Part shown: one piece after another, positions 1-9,551 of the stretch
Numbering within the stretch: position 1 is the stretch's first letter
Layout: each line of letters starts with the position of its first letter
DNA from: a virus
Taxonomy: Duplodnaviria > Heunggongvirae > Uroviricota > Caudoviricetes
Reading direction: 5' to 3' (one strand)
DNA length: 22,011 nucleotides
IMG/VR virus record: IMGVR_UViG_2869947659_000001
Program-made: the position numbers and the translations under genes
Notes under the pieces: model-generated
Database searches by the model: none
What the model was told of the DNA's origin: nothing
The model's input: only the letters and a program-made list of their open reading frames with translations

Positions 1-1125
1 ATGTTAACCGATATTCCATACCTGCCGGAAAATTTAAGGAACGGTTATTTTGACATAAATCAGATAAGTCATATCCCGGAAAGCATTCTTAATCTGAGGA
101 ATGAATGTTCAATAGATATTAGTGATAACCCATTGTCATCCCATGCTCTGCAATCCCTGCAAAGATTAACCTCTTCGCCGGACTACCACGGCCCGCAGAT
201 TTACTTCTCCATGAGTGACGGACAACAGAATACACTCCATCGCCCCCTGGCTGATGCCGTGACAGCATGGTTCCCGGAAAACAAACAATCTGATGTATCA
301 CAGATATGGCATGCTTTTGAACATGAAGAGCACGCCAACACCTTTTCCGCGTTCCTTGACCGCCTTTCCGATACCGTCTCTGCACGCAATACCTCCGGAT
401 TCCGTGAACAGGTCGCTGCATGGCTGGAAAAACTCAGTGCCTCTGCGGAGCTTCGACAGCAGTCTTTCGCTGTTGCTGCTGATGCCACTGAGAGCTGTGA
501 GGACCGTGTCGCGCTCACATGGAACAATCTCCGGAAAACCCTCCTGGTCCATCAGGCATCAGAAGGCCTTTTCGATAATGATACCGGCGCTCTGCTCTCC
601 CTGGGCAGGGAAATGTTCCGCCTCGAAATTCTGGAGGACATTGCCCGGGATAAAGTCAGAACTCTCCATTTTGTGGATGAGATAGAAGTCTACCTGGCCT
701 TCCAGACCATGCTCGCAGAGAAACTTCAGCTCTCCACTGCCGTGAAGGAAATGCGTTTCTATGGCGTGTCGGGAGTGACAGCAAATGACCTCCGCACTGC
801 CGAAGCCATGGTCAGAAGCCGTGAAGAGAATGAATTTAAGGACTGGTTCTCCCTCTGGGGACCATGGCATGCTGTACTGAAGCGTACGGAAGCTGACCGC
901 TGGGCGCTGGCAGAAGAGCAGAAATATGAGATGCTGGAGAATGAGTACCCTCAGAGGGTCGCTGACCGGCTGAAAGCATCAGGTCTGAGCGGTGATGCGG
1001 ATGCGGAGAGGGAAGCCGGTGCACAGGTGATGCGTGAGACTGAACAGCAGATTTACCGTCAGCTGACTGACGAGGTACTGGCCCTGCGATTGTCTGAAAA
1101 CGGCTCACAACTGCACCATTCATAA
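1..1125 (+). CDS. ipaH: IpaH-family type III secreted E3 ubiquitin ligase, C-terminal part (last LRR repeats plus NEL domain); 5' end lies outside the window
   Basis: Frame open from base 1 to TAA at 1123-1125. Translation carries the NEL catalytic motif ...ATESCEDRVALTWNNL... (Cys codon TGT at 496-498) and other conserved NEL segments (FLDRLSDT, GREMFRLEILEDIARDKVRTL, DEIEVYLAFQ, EMRFYGVSGVT). The ATG at 1-3 is probably an internal Met codon. Which ipaH paralogue cannot be decided from the conserved C-terminus alone. Confidence 0.85.
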   Translation: MLTDIPYLPENLRNGYFDINQISHIPESILNLRNECSIDISDNPLSSHALQSLQRLTSSPDYHGPQIYFSMSDGQQNTLHRPLADAVTAWFPENKQSDVSQIWHAFEHEEHANTFSAFLDRLSDTVSARNTSGFREQVAAWLEKLSASAELRQQSFAVAADATESCEDRVALTWNNLRKTLLVHQASEGLFDNDTGALLSLGREMFRLEILEDIARDKVRTLHFVDEIEVYLAFQTMLAEKLQLSTAVKEMRFYGVSGVTANDLRTAEAMVRSREENEFKDWFSLWGPWHAVLKRTEADRWALAEEQKYEMLENEYPQRVADRLKASGLSGDADAEREAGAQVMRETEQQIYRQLTDEVLALRLSENGSQLHHS

Positions 1126-1146
1126 TCACATCGCATAAACCACAGA

Positions 1147-1188
1147 CCGGACTGACTCCGGAAAAACAGAGGCCCGCCCCCGGGCCTC
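1147..1188 (-). terminator. Intrinsic terminator-like hairpins in the convergent tfa/ipaH intergenic region
   Basis: Hairpin GAGGCCCG-CCCC-CGGGCCTC at 1169-1188 is followed on the minus strand by a U5 tract (A-run 1162-1166 on plus), then a second hairpin CCGGA-CTGAC-TCCGG at 1147-1161. It lies downstream of the tfa stop (1305-1307). On the plus strand, downstream of ipaH, it has no U tract. Confidence 0.5.
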
Positions 1189-1304
1189 CCCGGATTCATC
1201 CGTTTCCCTGTTCAGCCTGACAGCACGCCCCCGCGGCCGGATGACAGACTCCGCTTCGGTAAGCAAAGCGGTCTTCTGTGATTCCGCCAGTTGCGGCTTA
1301 TTCA

Positions 1305-1869
1305 TTACTCAACGTCAAACGCCCGAATTGAAGCCAAATCATCCAGACCGCTCAGCTCCTCTTTCATTTCACGCTGACGGCGATAAATCTCATCGTTGCG
1401 ATCGACCTGCGCCTGCACCATTGCTGCCGCCAGTTCTTCCAGTTCCGGCATCGACAGTTTCACCTGCTGATTATCGGCATCGCTCCACGCCATATGTGTT
1501 TGTGCTGTGACAGATTTTGCCAGCATGACTACCGGGGACAGGCGGCCCAGTGAGTCGGGACCAGCATTCCAGATACGACCGTTCCATTCAAACGTGAACG
1601 GCTTCGCCTCCTGTTCTGCGCGCCATGCTTCAATTTCCTGACGTCTGGCCTCTCTGGCCGCTTCCAGCATTTCTGGTGTCACAGTGAATGGGGCTATCTC
1701 ACCCCATTTGCCGCTTTGCAGTTCCTGCCAGATTTGCTGACCCGTCGGAGCGACATCATCAGCGGTGGCTGTGTAGGGGACTGCCTGGTCCCTGTCGTCA
1801 AAAAAAAACGTCACAGTCTACTGCGCCACTTTCGGTATAACGGGGATTAATGATTTTTTTAATTTCCAC
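1305..1869 (-). pseudogene. tfa: Tail fibre assembly protein Tfa, reading frame broken at an A9/T9 homopolymer
   Basis: Main ORF 1305-1814 (169 aa in the track, GTG start, no usable RBS). An upstream 23-codon ORF starts at GTG 1867-1869 with SD GAGGA 7 nt upstream, directly after the stf stop, and ends at TGA 1798-1800 inside the A9 run (1800-1808). Removing one A fuses the two into a single Tfa of about 187 aa. Confidence 0.6.
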
Positions 1870-1879
1870 GGTGCATTCC

Positions 1880-3295
1880 TCACGATGTGCGAATAAAAAG
1901 CCCGGGCATTGCGCCAGAGACATGTGCATCCGGCCCCCCGGACAGGGCGCAATATGACCCCGGTAATGAATGCTCTGAACATCCCGTAATGAAAAATTGT
2001 GGGGATGCTATATACGTTCCGGTGGGAGTACTGGGCACTGAAATCCCCACCGGTCCCAGTCGTGAGCCTCTGTATGACTGCCCCCTGACAAGTCTGATGA
2101 CTTTATCACCGTCAGCTTCTCCCTGGTACGCAGCAATAATCAGCCCGCCAATGTCAGGGTCTCCCCATCTGTTGCGGACAGAGCTCGCCACGATTCTGTA
2201 AATAATATCTTCTGTGGTTATATTTATTTTCACCCAGTCAGTCAGTCTGGATATGGGCCAGTAGCAGTAGCGGGTGTGATAAATGGGGCCGTTAATGCCG
2301 TAAAAAGTAAGGGATTTGGCTCTGTACCGCGGTTCTGTTGTCTCAGGGCGTGCATCAGTCCACCGGATGCTGAGCACCCCTTCAAACCGTGTGTCGGGTA
2401 TGATGATGTCGTAGGGGCCAGCAACGGAATATTCACCTGGCAGCGCATTCCTTACCCAGGCCAGGAAATCACTCTTAGTGTCAAAACGGATAACATCTTC
2501 AGGCAGAAAAGCACACCCAAAGCCGAATGCGCCGGGTATCGCCAGACGGCCTTTTGTCCGGTCGTAAATGTCGCTCTGTGCTTCCATCGTGGCCGCACTT
2601 TTCAGCCCCAGATTATCCCGGGACTTCTGTTGTGCCTTTTCGCCTGCTGCTGCGATTTCTGACAGATGGTTAGCCATTTTCAGAGTGCCGGTCAGCGCAG
2701 CATCAATGTCATTTTTGGCCTGTTCTGCTGCGCGGGCATAACCTGCGGCATCCTGTGCGCTCTGTCCGGCTGCGGCTGCATTTGCTCCTGTGCTTGTCAC
2801 ATCTTCCGCAGTGGCCTTTCTGTCCTCAGCTGTGACGGTTGCATCCTGTCGGGCTTTCTCCGCAAAACGTTGTGCATCATCACGGGCCGTTGCGGCTGCC
2901 GCCACATCCTGCGCCGTCTGCTGTGCGTTTCCGGCTGCAGCCCCGGCACTCTGCTGCGCCTGCGCCACCATTTCCTCAAAGCGCTTCATCACCTCCGGAC
3001 GTAAATCACCATCCTTTGGTGCATTCAGAAACGCGTTCAGTGTCCCCGGTGCATCAGTCGGTGCCACATCAATATCCCCGACACGGGTTGGCTGCCAGCC
3101 GTTACAGTGAAGCGCAACCTCGTAATACCCCGGCTCAGCCTCAATCACATAAGCACCGTTATTGTCCGTCACGCAAGTGGCAACAACGTGTGCCACAACG
3201 GTCGGACTGGTTCTTCTGGCCCGCAGTTCAATCGCACAATTTACGACAGGTTTACCCGCCCCATCTTTCAGTACACCTGAAATCTTTACTGCCAT
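1880..3295 (-). CDS. stf: Side tail fibre protein Stf (471 aa)
   Basis: N-terminus MAVKISGVLKDGAGKPV... matches the lambda Stf N-terminus, followed by an Ala/Gln-rich central region. ATG at 3293-3295 is preceded by GGGGTGAAT. The track ORF begins at an upstream ATG (3337) that lies inside the lom terminator hairpin and adds 14 non-homologous residues. Confidence 0.85.
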   Translation of the reverse strand: MAVKISGVLKDGAGKPVVNCAIELRARRTSPTVVAHVVATCVTDNNGAYVIEAEPGYYEVALHCNGWQPTRVGDIDVAPTDAPGTLNAFLNAPKDGDLRPEVMKRFEEMVAQAQQSAGAAAGNAQQTAQDVAAAATARDDAQRFAEKARQDATVTAEDRKATAEDVTSTGANAAAAGQSAQDAAGYARAAEQAKNDIDAALTGTLKMANHLSEIAAAGEKAQQKSRDNLGLKSAATMEAQSDIYDRTKGRLAIPGAFGFGCAFLPEDVIRFDTKSDFLAWVRNALPGEYSVAGPYDIIIPDTRFEGVLSIRWTDARPETTEPRYRAKSLTFYGINGPIYHTRYCYWPISRLTDWVKINITTEDIIYRIVASSVRNRWGDPDIGGLIIAAYQGEADGDKVIRLVRGQSYRGSRLGPVGISVPSTPTGTYIASPQFFITGCSEHSLPGSYCALSGGPDAHVSGAMPGLFIRTS

Positions 3296-3306
3296 ATTCA
3301 CCCCAC

Positions 3307-3332
3307 AAAAAGCCCGCCTGAACCAGCGGGCT
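3307..3332 (-). terminator. Intrinsic terminator downstream of lom
   Basis: Stem AGCCCGC (3311-3317) / GCGGGCT (3326-3332) with an 8-nt loop, followed on the minus strand by a U-tract (A-run 3307-3311 on plus). Sits between the lom stop (3359) and the stf start (3295). Confidence 0.55.
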
Positions 3333-3358
3333 GTCATAACACTGTGTTACCTGGCTAA

Positions 3359-3958
3359 TCAGAACTTATAACCGACACCCACGATGAAACCGTCAGTGCG
3401 CCAGTCGCCACTGCCGGAACCTTCATAAGCAAGGTCAATGGCCACGGATTCGGTCGGGTTAAACTGCACGCCAGCCCCCCACGCCAGAGACGTGTTGCTG
3501 TGGCGGTTGTCATCACTCCCGGTCAGCACATCGTGCGTTTTCCCCTTGTTGTCAGTTACGCGGAGATAATCCCCGGAGAAGGTCGACACACGGCTGTAAG
3601 CCACGCCCGCCATCGCATACGCGCTGAACCATTCATTCACGCGCACAGACGGCCCCGCCATCACGCTGAACCAGCGGTTACGCACGGAATCCTCATGCCA
3701 GCGGGTATCGCTGTAATGCGTTTTTTGCTCATCTTCAGCGTTGGCATAGCTGAATGACGTCACCAGCCCCAACGTGTCCGTAAACTCATAACGGTATTTC
3801 ACGTTAATGCCCTTCAGGTCATCGCTGCCTGGCATATCAGTATGGGGCTGAAGATACCCGGCGCTCAGCGTGGACTGATGTTCAGACGCCCATGCAGGCG
3901 CACCGGATACAGCCAGACAGATGGCTGCGGACAAAATGGCTGCACAAACTTTACGCAT
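3359..3958 (-). CDS. lom: Lom outer-membrane protein (Ail/PagC family), lambda-type lysogenic-conversion moron
   Basis: 199-aa ORF with signal peptide MRKVCAAILSAAICLAVSGAPAWA and near-identity over long stretches to recalled lambda Lom (SEHQSTLSAGYL..., WHEDSVRNRWFSVMAGPSVRVNEWFSAYAMAGVAYSRVSTFSGDYLRVTDNKGKTHDVLTGSDD..., DGFIVGVGYKF). SD GAGAGG 5 nt before the ATG at 3956-3958. Confidence 0.95.
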   Translation of the reverse strand: MRKVCAAILSAAICLAVSGAPAWASEHQSTLSAGYLQPHTDMPGSDDLKGINVKYRYEFTDTLGLVTSFSYANAEDEQKTHYSDTRWHEDSVRNRWFSVMAGPSVRVNEWFSAYAMAGVAYSRVSTFSGDYLRVTDNKGKTHDVLTGSDDNRHSNTSLAWGAGVQFNPTESVAIDLAYEGSGSGDWRTDGFIVGVGYKF

Positions 3959-3982
3959 AATTACCTCTCGCTTTTCTGCAAT

Positions 3983-4006
3983 AAAAAAGGCACCATTTCT
4001 GGTGCC
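3983..4006 (-). terminator. Intrinsic terminator downstream of J
   Basis: Stem GGCACCA (3989-3995) / TGGTGCC (4000-4006) with loop TTTC, followed on the minus strand by U6 (A-run 3983-3988 on plus). Lies between the J stop (4026) and the lom start (3958). Confidence 0.6.
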
Positions 4007-4025
4007 CGTATCTGGGTTATAAAAT

Positions 4026-7000
4026 TCAGCTAATCGTGATGCCTGCAGTGGCTTTCTTCATCACAACAACCAGCAAATCGCTGATACTTGCTGTGGGATA
4101 CCAGCCATTTACCAGCCATGCCGATACAGAAAACTCCAGCGTCATGTGACCGTGACCGGCAGGCATATCAATAACACCCGTATATATCAGCGTATTATCC
4201 AGGGTCGTTCGGTTATAAATTTCAGCACCGTTTTTCTTCACTATCAGGCTGCATGACGAATAAATATTGTTATTCTTCCGCTCATGTTTAGCACCGCGAA
4301 ACGCCACCGCGGGAATAACAATTTGCCGATCAAACGGCTGATCGTCATAAACCCTGACGGTAATGGTCCCTGATGGCCACCTCTCCGGTGCCCGGGAGTC
4401 CCGTGGGAAAGGTTTGCCCACTGTTTTAACGAGATCGCCTTCAATCTGGTTCGCGGACAATTTTCCCAGAACCCGACAGTTCTTATTAATCGTGACGTTG
4501 TTGAGCGTCCCGGAGTTCGCGTTCACGTTACCGCTGATATCGGCATTTTTCGCCGTCAGCCGTCCGCCAGGTGTCAGGGAAAATGCCGGAGGATTACCGC
4601 CGCTGGTAATGGTCGGAGCCGTCAGGCGTTTCAGGAACACGTCGTTCATGAATATCTGATCGCCCTGACCAACAAACATCGGCTTTGTGTTGCCATTCGC
4701 AGGATTAATCATCGCAATCCTGTCTGCCGCCAGCAGCACCTGACTCTGCATTCCTGCTGGCGTATTCTCAATACCGGCACCGATACCCGCAATATAAAGG
4801 CGTCCGTCCTTCATCTGTTGCAGCTTCACAGCCCACATGCTGTTCAGGTTATTATTTGTATCAACCTGAACTTTCTGTATCTGCTGGATTGCAGCACTCT
4901 GATTTTCCAGTTTTTTATTGACGGTTTGCGTGATTTCATTGCTGACATTCGTAATGGACGTCCTGATTTCAGTCAGGTCCGGCGCAAGCTGACCGTTATC
5001 AATCTGCGTCCACAACTCCTTGCCGAGATGCGTTTTATTGATCAACCCTTTATAAAAACTCAGATAACCTTCCGCATCATCGCTCGCCCGACCGACGGCC
5101 TCCACAAATGCCGATTTGCCAACGGTGTTCACACTGCGAACGTAAAAATAATAATCATGGCCCGGCCTGATATTGATACTGGCGGCTATCCAGTACAGCG
5201 CCGTGCCAAGATAGCGGGCGCTGGTTTCAACCTGCCTGATATCCGCAATCCGCTTTTCCGAAAACCAGAACTCAAACTGCACCGTCGGGTCGTATACAGC
5301 CAGTTTCGGGACCGCCGTTATCTGAAAATACCCCGGTATCAGTTCAATAGTGACAGGCGCTGCCGGTGCCGCAATCCGGAACGATACCGACGCCGGATCG
5401 CCCTGCTGCCCCCGGGCATTTACCGCCCGGACTGTCAGACTGTAATTCCCCAGCGCCAGCTGCCTGAAGCGGTATGTGGTTTCCGTCGTCCTGGCTGTGC
5501 TGACCAGCCGCTCACTGCCGTCGTCCGCTGCCACGGTCAGGCGAAGCAGGAAGCTCACACCCTTCACCACCTTCGGCGTGTCCCATCGCGCCAGCACCTG
5601 ATATTCCCCGCTGTCTGCGGTGACTTCGGCGGTCAGATGCTGCACCGCTGGCGGCGTGACACCATTCACCGTGCCGCGCCGGTCACCGTCAAAGTGTGCC
5701 CCGTTATCCACGATGGCCTCTTTTTCCGGCACATGCTGCACGGCGGTGATGGCATACGTGCCGTCGTCGTTCTCACGGATACTCACGCAGCGGAACAGGC
5801 GCTGGCGCAGCGTCGGCAGCTTCAGCCCCCACACGCTGTATTCTGCAACGCCGTCAGGAACCCGGCTCACTTTCACCTTCACGCCGTCGGTGACGGACTG
5901 AACCTCCACGCTGACCGGATTGCCATTTCCGTCAACCAGGCTTATCAGCGTGGTACCGGAGGACGGCAGCGTGATTTCACGGTCGAGCGTCAGCGTCCGG
6001 GTCTGGCTGTTCACCGCCAGTACGCGACCACCGGTGCTGATACCGGCATAATCATCATCGCAGATTTCAATGACATCACCCGGTACATGGCGAAGCCCTT
6101 CTGCGCCGACGCTGAAGTCCACGGTCTGCGTTTCCAGCAGTTCCGTTTTAATCAGCCACAGCCCGGCGCGGTGCGCCTGTCCCCGGCTGGTACAGCCAAA
6201 GGCATCCATCTTCGTGACGTTACGACCGTAACGGAGAATGGCCTGCGTGTCCTCCACAAGCTCTGTCGCCGTCTCATGACCGTTGTCCGGATCAATCCAG
6301 TTCACCTCAACGACATTATGGCGGTCCTTCAGGGCGCTGAAGCTGTAGCGGAACGGCGCGCCATCATCCGGCATCACCACATTACTGCGGTTATAGGTCC
6401 ACACTTTATCCGACGGTCGGTCCTGCACGAACGTCAGCGTCTGCCCGTTCCATACCGGCATACAGCGCATCGCCGAGCAGAAATCACTGAGAACATCCCA
6501 CGCCTTACGCTGTGTGGTCAGGTAAGCGTTACAGGTGATGCGCGGCTCCGTGCCGCCAAATCCGTCCGGCACTGACTGGTCGCAGTACTGGCCGATGACA
6601 TACAGCGCCCATTTGTCCACATCTGCCGCACCAAGACGTTTCCCCATGCCGTAGCGCGGATGAGTGAGCATGTCCCACCGACACCAGGCCATGTTGTTGC
6701 TGTATGCTGGCTTAAGCGTTCCGTCCCAGATACCGCTGTATTGCCGCGTCTGCGGGTTATAGTTCGACGGCACCTGCAGAATGCGCCCGCGAAGATGATA
6801 ATTGCGACTCACCTGCTGGTTACCGAACTGCTCTGAATCCACCTGCACGCCGACCAGCGCCGTGTTCGGGTAGCACTGTTTCACATCGATGATTTCGGTG
6901 TACGACGACCAGAGCGTTTTGTTCTGCAGCTGGTCTGTGGTGCTGTCCGGTGTCATCCTGCGCATCCGGATATTAAACGGGCGCGGCGGCAGGTTACCCA

Positions 7001-7505
7001 CCACCACCGAGGCCAGATACTGCGAAGTGGTTTTGCCCTTAATGGTGATGTCTTTTTCCGTCACCCAGCCACCGTTACGCTGTATCTGAACCAGCAGGCG
7101 GACTTCCGACGGATTCCGGTCCCCCTTTGAGGTGTTTTCCACCAGTGCCTGCACACCGAAGGTCAGGCGCAGACGATCAATGTTTGCCGACGTGATGGTC
7201 CGGGTGATCGGCGTGTCGTATTTCACTTCCGTACCCAGCACAGTCTCTGAGCCGGAAGATTCAAACCCCTCCGGCGGTGTCTGCTCCTGCTCGCCGGCGC
7301 GGAACACCACCGTAACACCGGAAAAGTTTGTCTTCCCCTCGCTGTCCAGGACCGGCGTACCGTTCAGCAGCACGCTTTTTAATCCATCCACCGGACCGTC
7401 AACCGGCCCTTCGCTGATGGCATCAATCACACTCAGCAACTGCGTGGATTTCAGGTTGTCCTTCGCTTCGCGCGGGGTATGCCCCTTACTGCTGCCTTTA
7501 CCCAT
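4026..7505 (-). CDS. J: Tail tip / host specificity protein J (1159 aa)
   Basis: N-terminus [34 protein letters not shown]... and most of the length are collinear with recalled lambda J; the C-terminal receptor-binding part diverges. ATG at 7503-7505 with SD TGAGGA. Confidence 0.95.
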   Translation of the reverse strand: MGKGSSKGHTPREAKDNLKSTQLLSVIDAISEGPVDGPVDGLKSVLLNGTPVLDSEGKTNFSGVTVVFRAGEQEQTPPEGFESSGSETVLGTEVKYDTPITRTITSANIDRLRLTFGVQALVENTSKGDRNPSEVRLLVQIQRNGGWVTEKDITIKGKTTSQYLASVVVGNLPPRPFNIRMRRMTPDSTTDQLQNKTLWSSYTEIIDVKQCYPNTALVGVQVDSEQFGNQQVSRNYHLRGRILQVPSNYNPQTRQYSGIWDGTLKPAYSNNMAWCRWDMLTHPRYGMGKRLGAADVDKWALYVIGQYCDQSVPDGFGGTEPRITCNAYLTTQRKAWDVLSDFCSAMRCMPVWNGQTLTFVQDRPSDKVWTYNRSNVVMPDDGAPFRYSFSALKDRHNVVEVNWIDPDNGHETATELVEDTQAILRYGRNVTKMDAFGCTSRGQAHRAGLWLIKTELLETQTVDFSVGAEGLRHVPGDVIEICDDDYAGISTGGRVLAVNSQTRTLTLDREITLPSSGTTLISLVDGNGNPVSVEVQSVTDGVKVKVSRVPDGVAEYSVWGLKLPTLRQRLFRCVSIRENDDGTYAITAVQHVPEKEAIVDNGAHFDGDRRGTVNGVTPPAVQHLTAEVTADSGEYQVLARWDTPKVVKGVSFLLRLTVAADDGSERLVSTARTTETTYRFRQLALGNYSLTVRAVNARGQQGDPASVSFRIAAPAAPVTIELIPGYFQITAVPKLAVYDPTVQFEFWFSEKRIADIRQVETSARYLGTALYWIAASINIRPGHDYYFYVRSVNTVGKSAFVEAVGRASDDAEGYLSFYKGLINKTHLGKELWTQIDNGQLAPDLTEIRTSITNVSNEITQTVNKKLENQSAAIQQIQKVQVDTNNNLNSMWAVKLQQMKDGRLYIAGIGAGIENTPAGMQSQVLLAADRIAMINPANGNTKPMFVGQGDQIFMNDVFLKRLTAPTITSGGNPPAFSLTPGGRLTAKNADISGNVNANSGTLNNVTINKNCRVLGKLSANQIEGDLVKTVGKPFPRDSRAPERWPSGTITVRVYDDQPFDRQIVIPAVAFRGAKHERKNNNIYSSCSLIVKKNGAEIYNRTTLDNTLIYTGVIDMPAGHGHMTLEFSVSAWLVNGWYPTASISDLLVVVMKKATAGITIS

Positions 7506-7527
7506 TCCTCACGCTCCATAAACGACA

Positions 7528-7547
7528 AAACCGCCCGCAGGCGGTTT
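7528..7547 (-). terminator. Terminator-like hairpin between I and J (possible attenuator or RNA-stability element)
   Basis: Stem AAACCGCC (7528-7535) / GGCGGTTT (7540-7547) with loop CGCA. On the minus strand the stem ends in UUU followed by GUCGUUUAU, immediately upstream of the J RBS. Confidence 0.35.
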
Positions 7548-7565
7548 CACATGAAACATTTTGCA

Positions 7566-8207
7566 TCAGCGACCAATCACCACAACCTGACCACCATCCC
7601 CTTCGTCTGCCGTGCTGATCTCCTGAGATACCACCCGCGACCCCACGCGCATTTCACCGTACAGAACAGGCAGAACATTGCCCTGGGCAACCATGTTATC
7701 CAGTGAGGAGAAACAGGTGTTCTGTTTGCCGTTATCCGTTGTCTGTGTACGGGGAGTTCTGGCTTTCGGTGCCAGCATCTGTGCAACACCGCCAAGCGTC
7801 ATACTGGCACCGAGAGAAAACAGCAGATTACTCGCCATAATTCCTACCCCCGGCATCCATATAGCAACCGCCATAACAGCTGCCCCCAGCACCGCCTGAA
7901 ACACACCGCCACTTTTAGCTCCCACCAGACGCGGTACTATGTGGATCACTGCACCATTTGCCAGCGGCTCATTAAGACGGGCAGACAATTCGGTTTCACC
8001 TGCATCACGCCCGGCAATGCGCACCTGATACCAGCCGTCACTCAGTTTCTGACGAAACGCCGGGAGCTGTGTGGCCAGTGCGCGGATGGCTTCAGCCCCC
8101 GTTTTCACACGAAGGTCGATGCGGCGGCCAAATCGTTGCAAATCCCCGTAAAGGCAGATGCGTGCCATTCCCGGTGACGCCAGAGGGAGTGTGTGCGTCG
8201 CTGCCAT
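7566..8207 (-). CDS. I: Tail assembly protein I (213 aa)
   Basis: MAATHTLPLASPGMARICLYGDLQRFGRRIDLRVKTGAEAIRALATQLPAFRQKLSDGWYQVRIAGRD... and the C-terminal ...KQNT.FSSLDNMVAQGNVLPVLYGEMRVGSRVVSQEISTADEGDGGQVVVIGR match recalled lambda gpI. Overlaps the 3' end of K as in lambda. Confidence 0.95.
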   Translation of the reverse strand: MAATHTLPLASPGMARICLYGDLQRFGRRIDLRVKTGAEAIRALATQLPAFRQKLSDGWYQVRIAGRDAGETELSARLNEPLANGAVIHIVPRLVGAKSGGVFQAVLGAAVMAVAIWMPGVGIMASNLLFSLGASMTLGGVAQMLAPKARTPRTQTTDNGKQNTCFSSLDNMVAQGNVLPVLYGEMRVGSRVVSQEISTADEGDGGQVVVIGR

Positions 8208-8848
8208 TTGTCGGTATACCTCTCTCGTTTACTCAGTTGTTCAGGAATATGGTGCAGCAGCTCACCGTCGCCGCAGTAAATGGCGGCATGATTCGGCACC
8301 GATGAACCAAAACAGCACAGCAGCACATCGCCCGGTTGTGCTGATGACAACGGCACCTGATACAGCCCTGTGGCCTCCAGATTATCCAGATAGAGATTCT
8401 GACCGTGACGCCACCAGTCATCCCCGCGATGAAAATCCGGCATCTCAATCCCCGCCAGATGATAAGCATCCCGGAACAGCGTGTAACAGTCCGTCACCCC
8501 GTGCTCAAAGCGCCGCCCGGTGAGATGCGGCACACAGCGGAACTTGTGAATCGCCCCCCGGCAGACCAGCCACCACGGCAAATCACTCTGCACCTGCAGC
8601 CGCCGGTCAGCCTCACTCAGCCAGGGCAGACCACCGGGATGACTGTGGACCAGTGCCACAATCTCACCCTGCATTTGTGCCCGCAGCCAGTCCTCCGGAG
8701 CCATCCGGAACCGTTCCTCCGGCTCACCGGAGATATTCTCGCTGGGAAGATACCTGTCTCCCTCCGGCGTTCTCACCACGAAGCCACACGACTCCGCTGG
8801 CGCACATCGCCGGGCGTGCGCCAGAATCGCTGATTCTGTCTGTGTCAT
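8105..8848 (-). CDS. K: Tail assembly protein K (MPN/JAMM plus NlpC/P60 domains), 247 aa from ATG 8846-8848
   Basis: MTQTESAILAHARRCAPAESCGFVV... matches recalled lambda gpK. JAMM-like HSHPGG motif and NlpC/P60-type Cys (VTDCYTLFRDAYHLAG) are present. The track ORF starts further upstream inside L and is not used. Confidence 0.9.
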   Translation of the reverse strand: MTQTESAILAHARRCAPAESCGFVVRTPEGDRYLPSENISGEPEERFRMAPEDWLRAQMQGEIVALVHSHPGGLPWLSEADRRLQVQSDLPWWLVCRGAIHKFRCVPHLTGRRFEHGVTDCYTLFRDAYHLAGIEMPDFHRGDDWWRHGQNLYLDNLEATGLYQVPLSSAQPGDVLLCCFGSSVPNHAAIYCGDGELLHHIPEQLSKRERYTDKWQRRTHSLWRHREWHASAFTGICNDLAAASTFV

Positions 8849-8852
8849 GGAT

Positions 8853-9551
8853 TTACTGAGAAAGTTTATTGATGGAAAGGAAACCGCCGAAATTACCGGT
8901 ATTGTTGCGCAACTCACACCCGCGCATACACTTGCTGCATTTGTCCTTCCGGATATCCGTCGTTGGTTTGTCGAACTCGTCAGCCACTGCCCTGCCCGTG
9001 TAACCACACTCATCAGAACGGTAGGTCCACATACAGGTATTCGCCAGCATGATACGCCCCGGGAAAACCGCGCCATCCGTCTCCGTTGGTGTGGCCAGCA
9101 CAAAAGAGGCACTGACCGCGCTCAGTTCGCTGCACTGCTCGATGCGCCAGCGGCTGATCACCTCCTGCTCCGGATCGGCGTCACTGTTTCCGTTGACGAA
9201 GTTCACCGCATCCAGAAAACGGGCGTAAACCTTACGCCGGACCACCGTTCCGCCGACCAGACTCTGCAGATCTTCCGCCATCCCGGCGACCATACCGTAC
9301 AGGTTAGAAACCGTCAGCGTGGGGCGCGTACTGGTGCCTTTGCCATTCAGTTCAAAACCACTCCCCTGAATGGGATACGGCTGATACTGTCGCCCCTGCC
9401 AGGTGACCGGCTCACCTTTTTCGTTCTGCTCATTACAGAAAAAATAACGTTCTCCACCGACCTCTGTCAGGTCGATTTCCCAGAGCACCACGCTGGCCGA
9501 CTGCTCCGCACGGGTGCATTCATTCAGTGTTTCCTGCCGGATATCCTGCAT
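8853..9551 (-). CDS. L: Minor tail protein L (232 aa)
   Basis: MQDIRQETLNECTRAEQSASVVLWEIDLTEVGGERYFFCNEQNEKGEPVTWQGRQYQPYPIQGSGFELNGKG... collinear with recalled lambda gpL, including the C-terminal Cys cluster CSKCMRGCELRNN. Confidence 0.95.
   Translation of the reverse strand: MQDIRQETLNECTRAEQSASVVLWEIDLTEVGGERYFFCNEQNEKGEPVTWQGRQYQPYPIQGSGFELNGKGTSTRPTLTVSNLYGMVAGMAEDLQSLVGGTVVRRKVYARFLDAVNFVNGNSDADPEQEVISRWRIEQCSELSAVSASFVLATPTETDGAVFPGRIMLANTCMWTYRSDECGYTGRAVADEFDKPTTDIRKDKCSKCMRGCELRNNTGNFGGFLSINKLSQ

Noticed and set aside
2640-3000. Short GCTGC/GCGGC-type repeats suggesting a possible diversity-generating or contingency locus in stf
   Set aside because: No reverse transcriptase or template repeat anywhere in the window; the repeats are ordinary codon-level repetition of the Ala/Gln-rich fibre shaft.
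2276-3321. Several plus-strand ORFs (128, 112, 106 and 160 aa), Cys- or Pro/His-rich
   Set aside because: Antisense to stf; their composition is explained by the Ala/Gln-rich repetitive coding sequence on the other strand.
3296-3337. Upstream ATG at 3337 as the stf start (track ORF)
   Set aside because: It lies inside the lom terminator hairpin and adds 14 residues (MTARWFRRAFCGVN) with no homology; the ATG at 3293-3295 reproduces the conserved Stf N-terminus MAVKISG and has an RBS.
4818-6575. 585-aa plus-strand ORF
   Set aside because: Lies entirely antisense within J, which has strong collinear homology to lambda J. Arg/His/Cys-rich composition typical of antisense frames of GC-rich coding DNA; no RBS.
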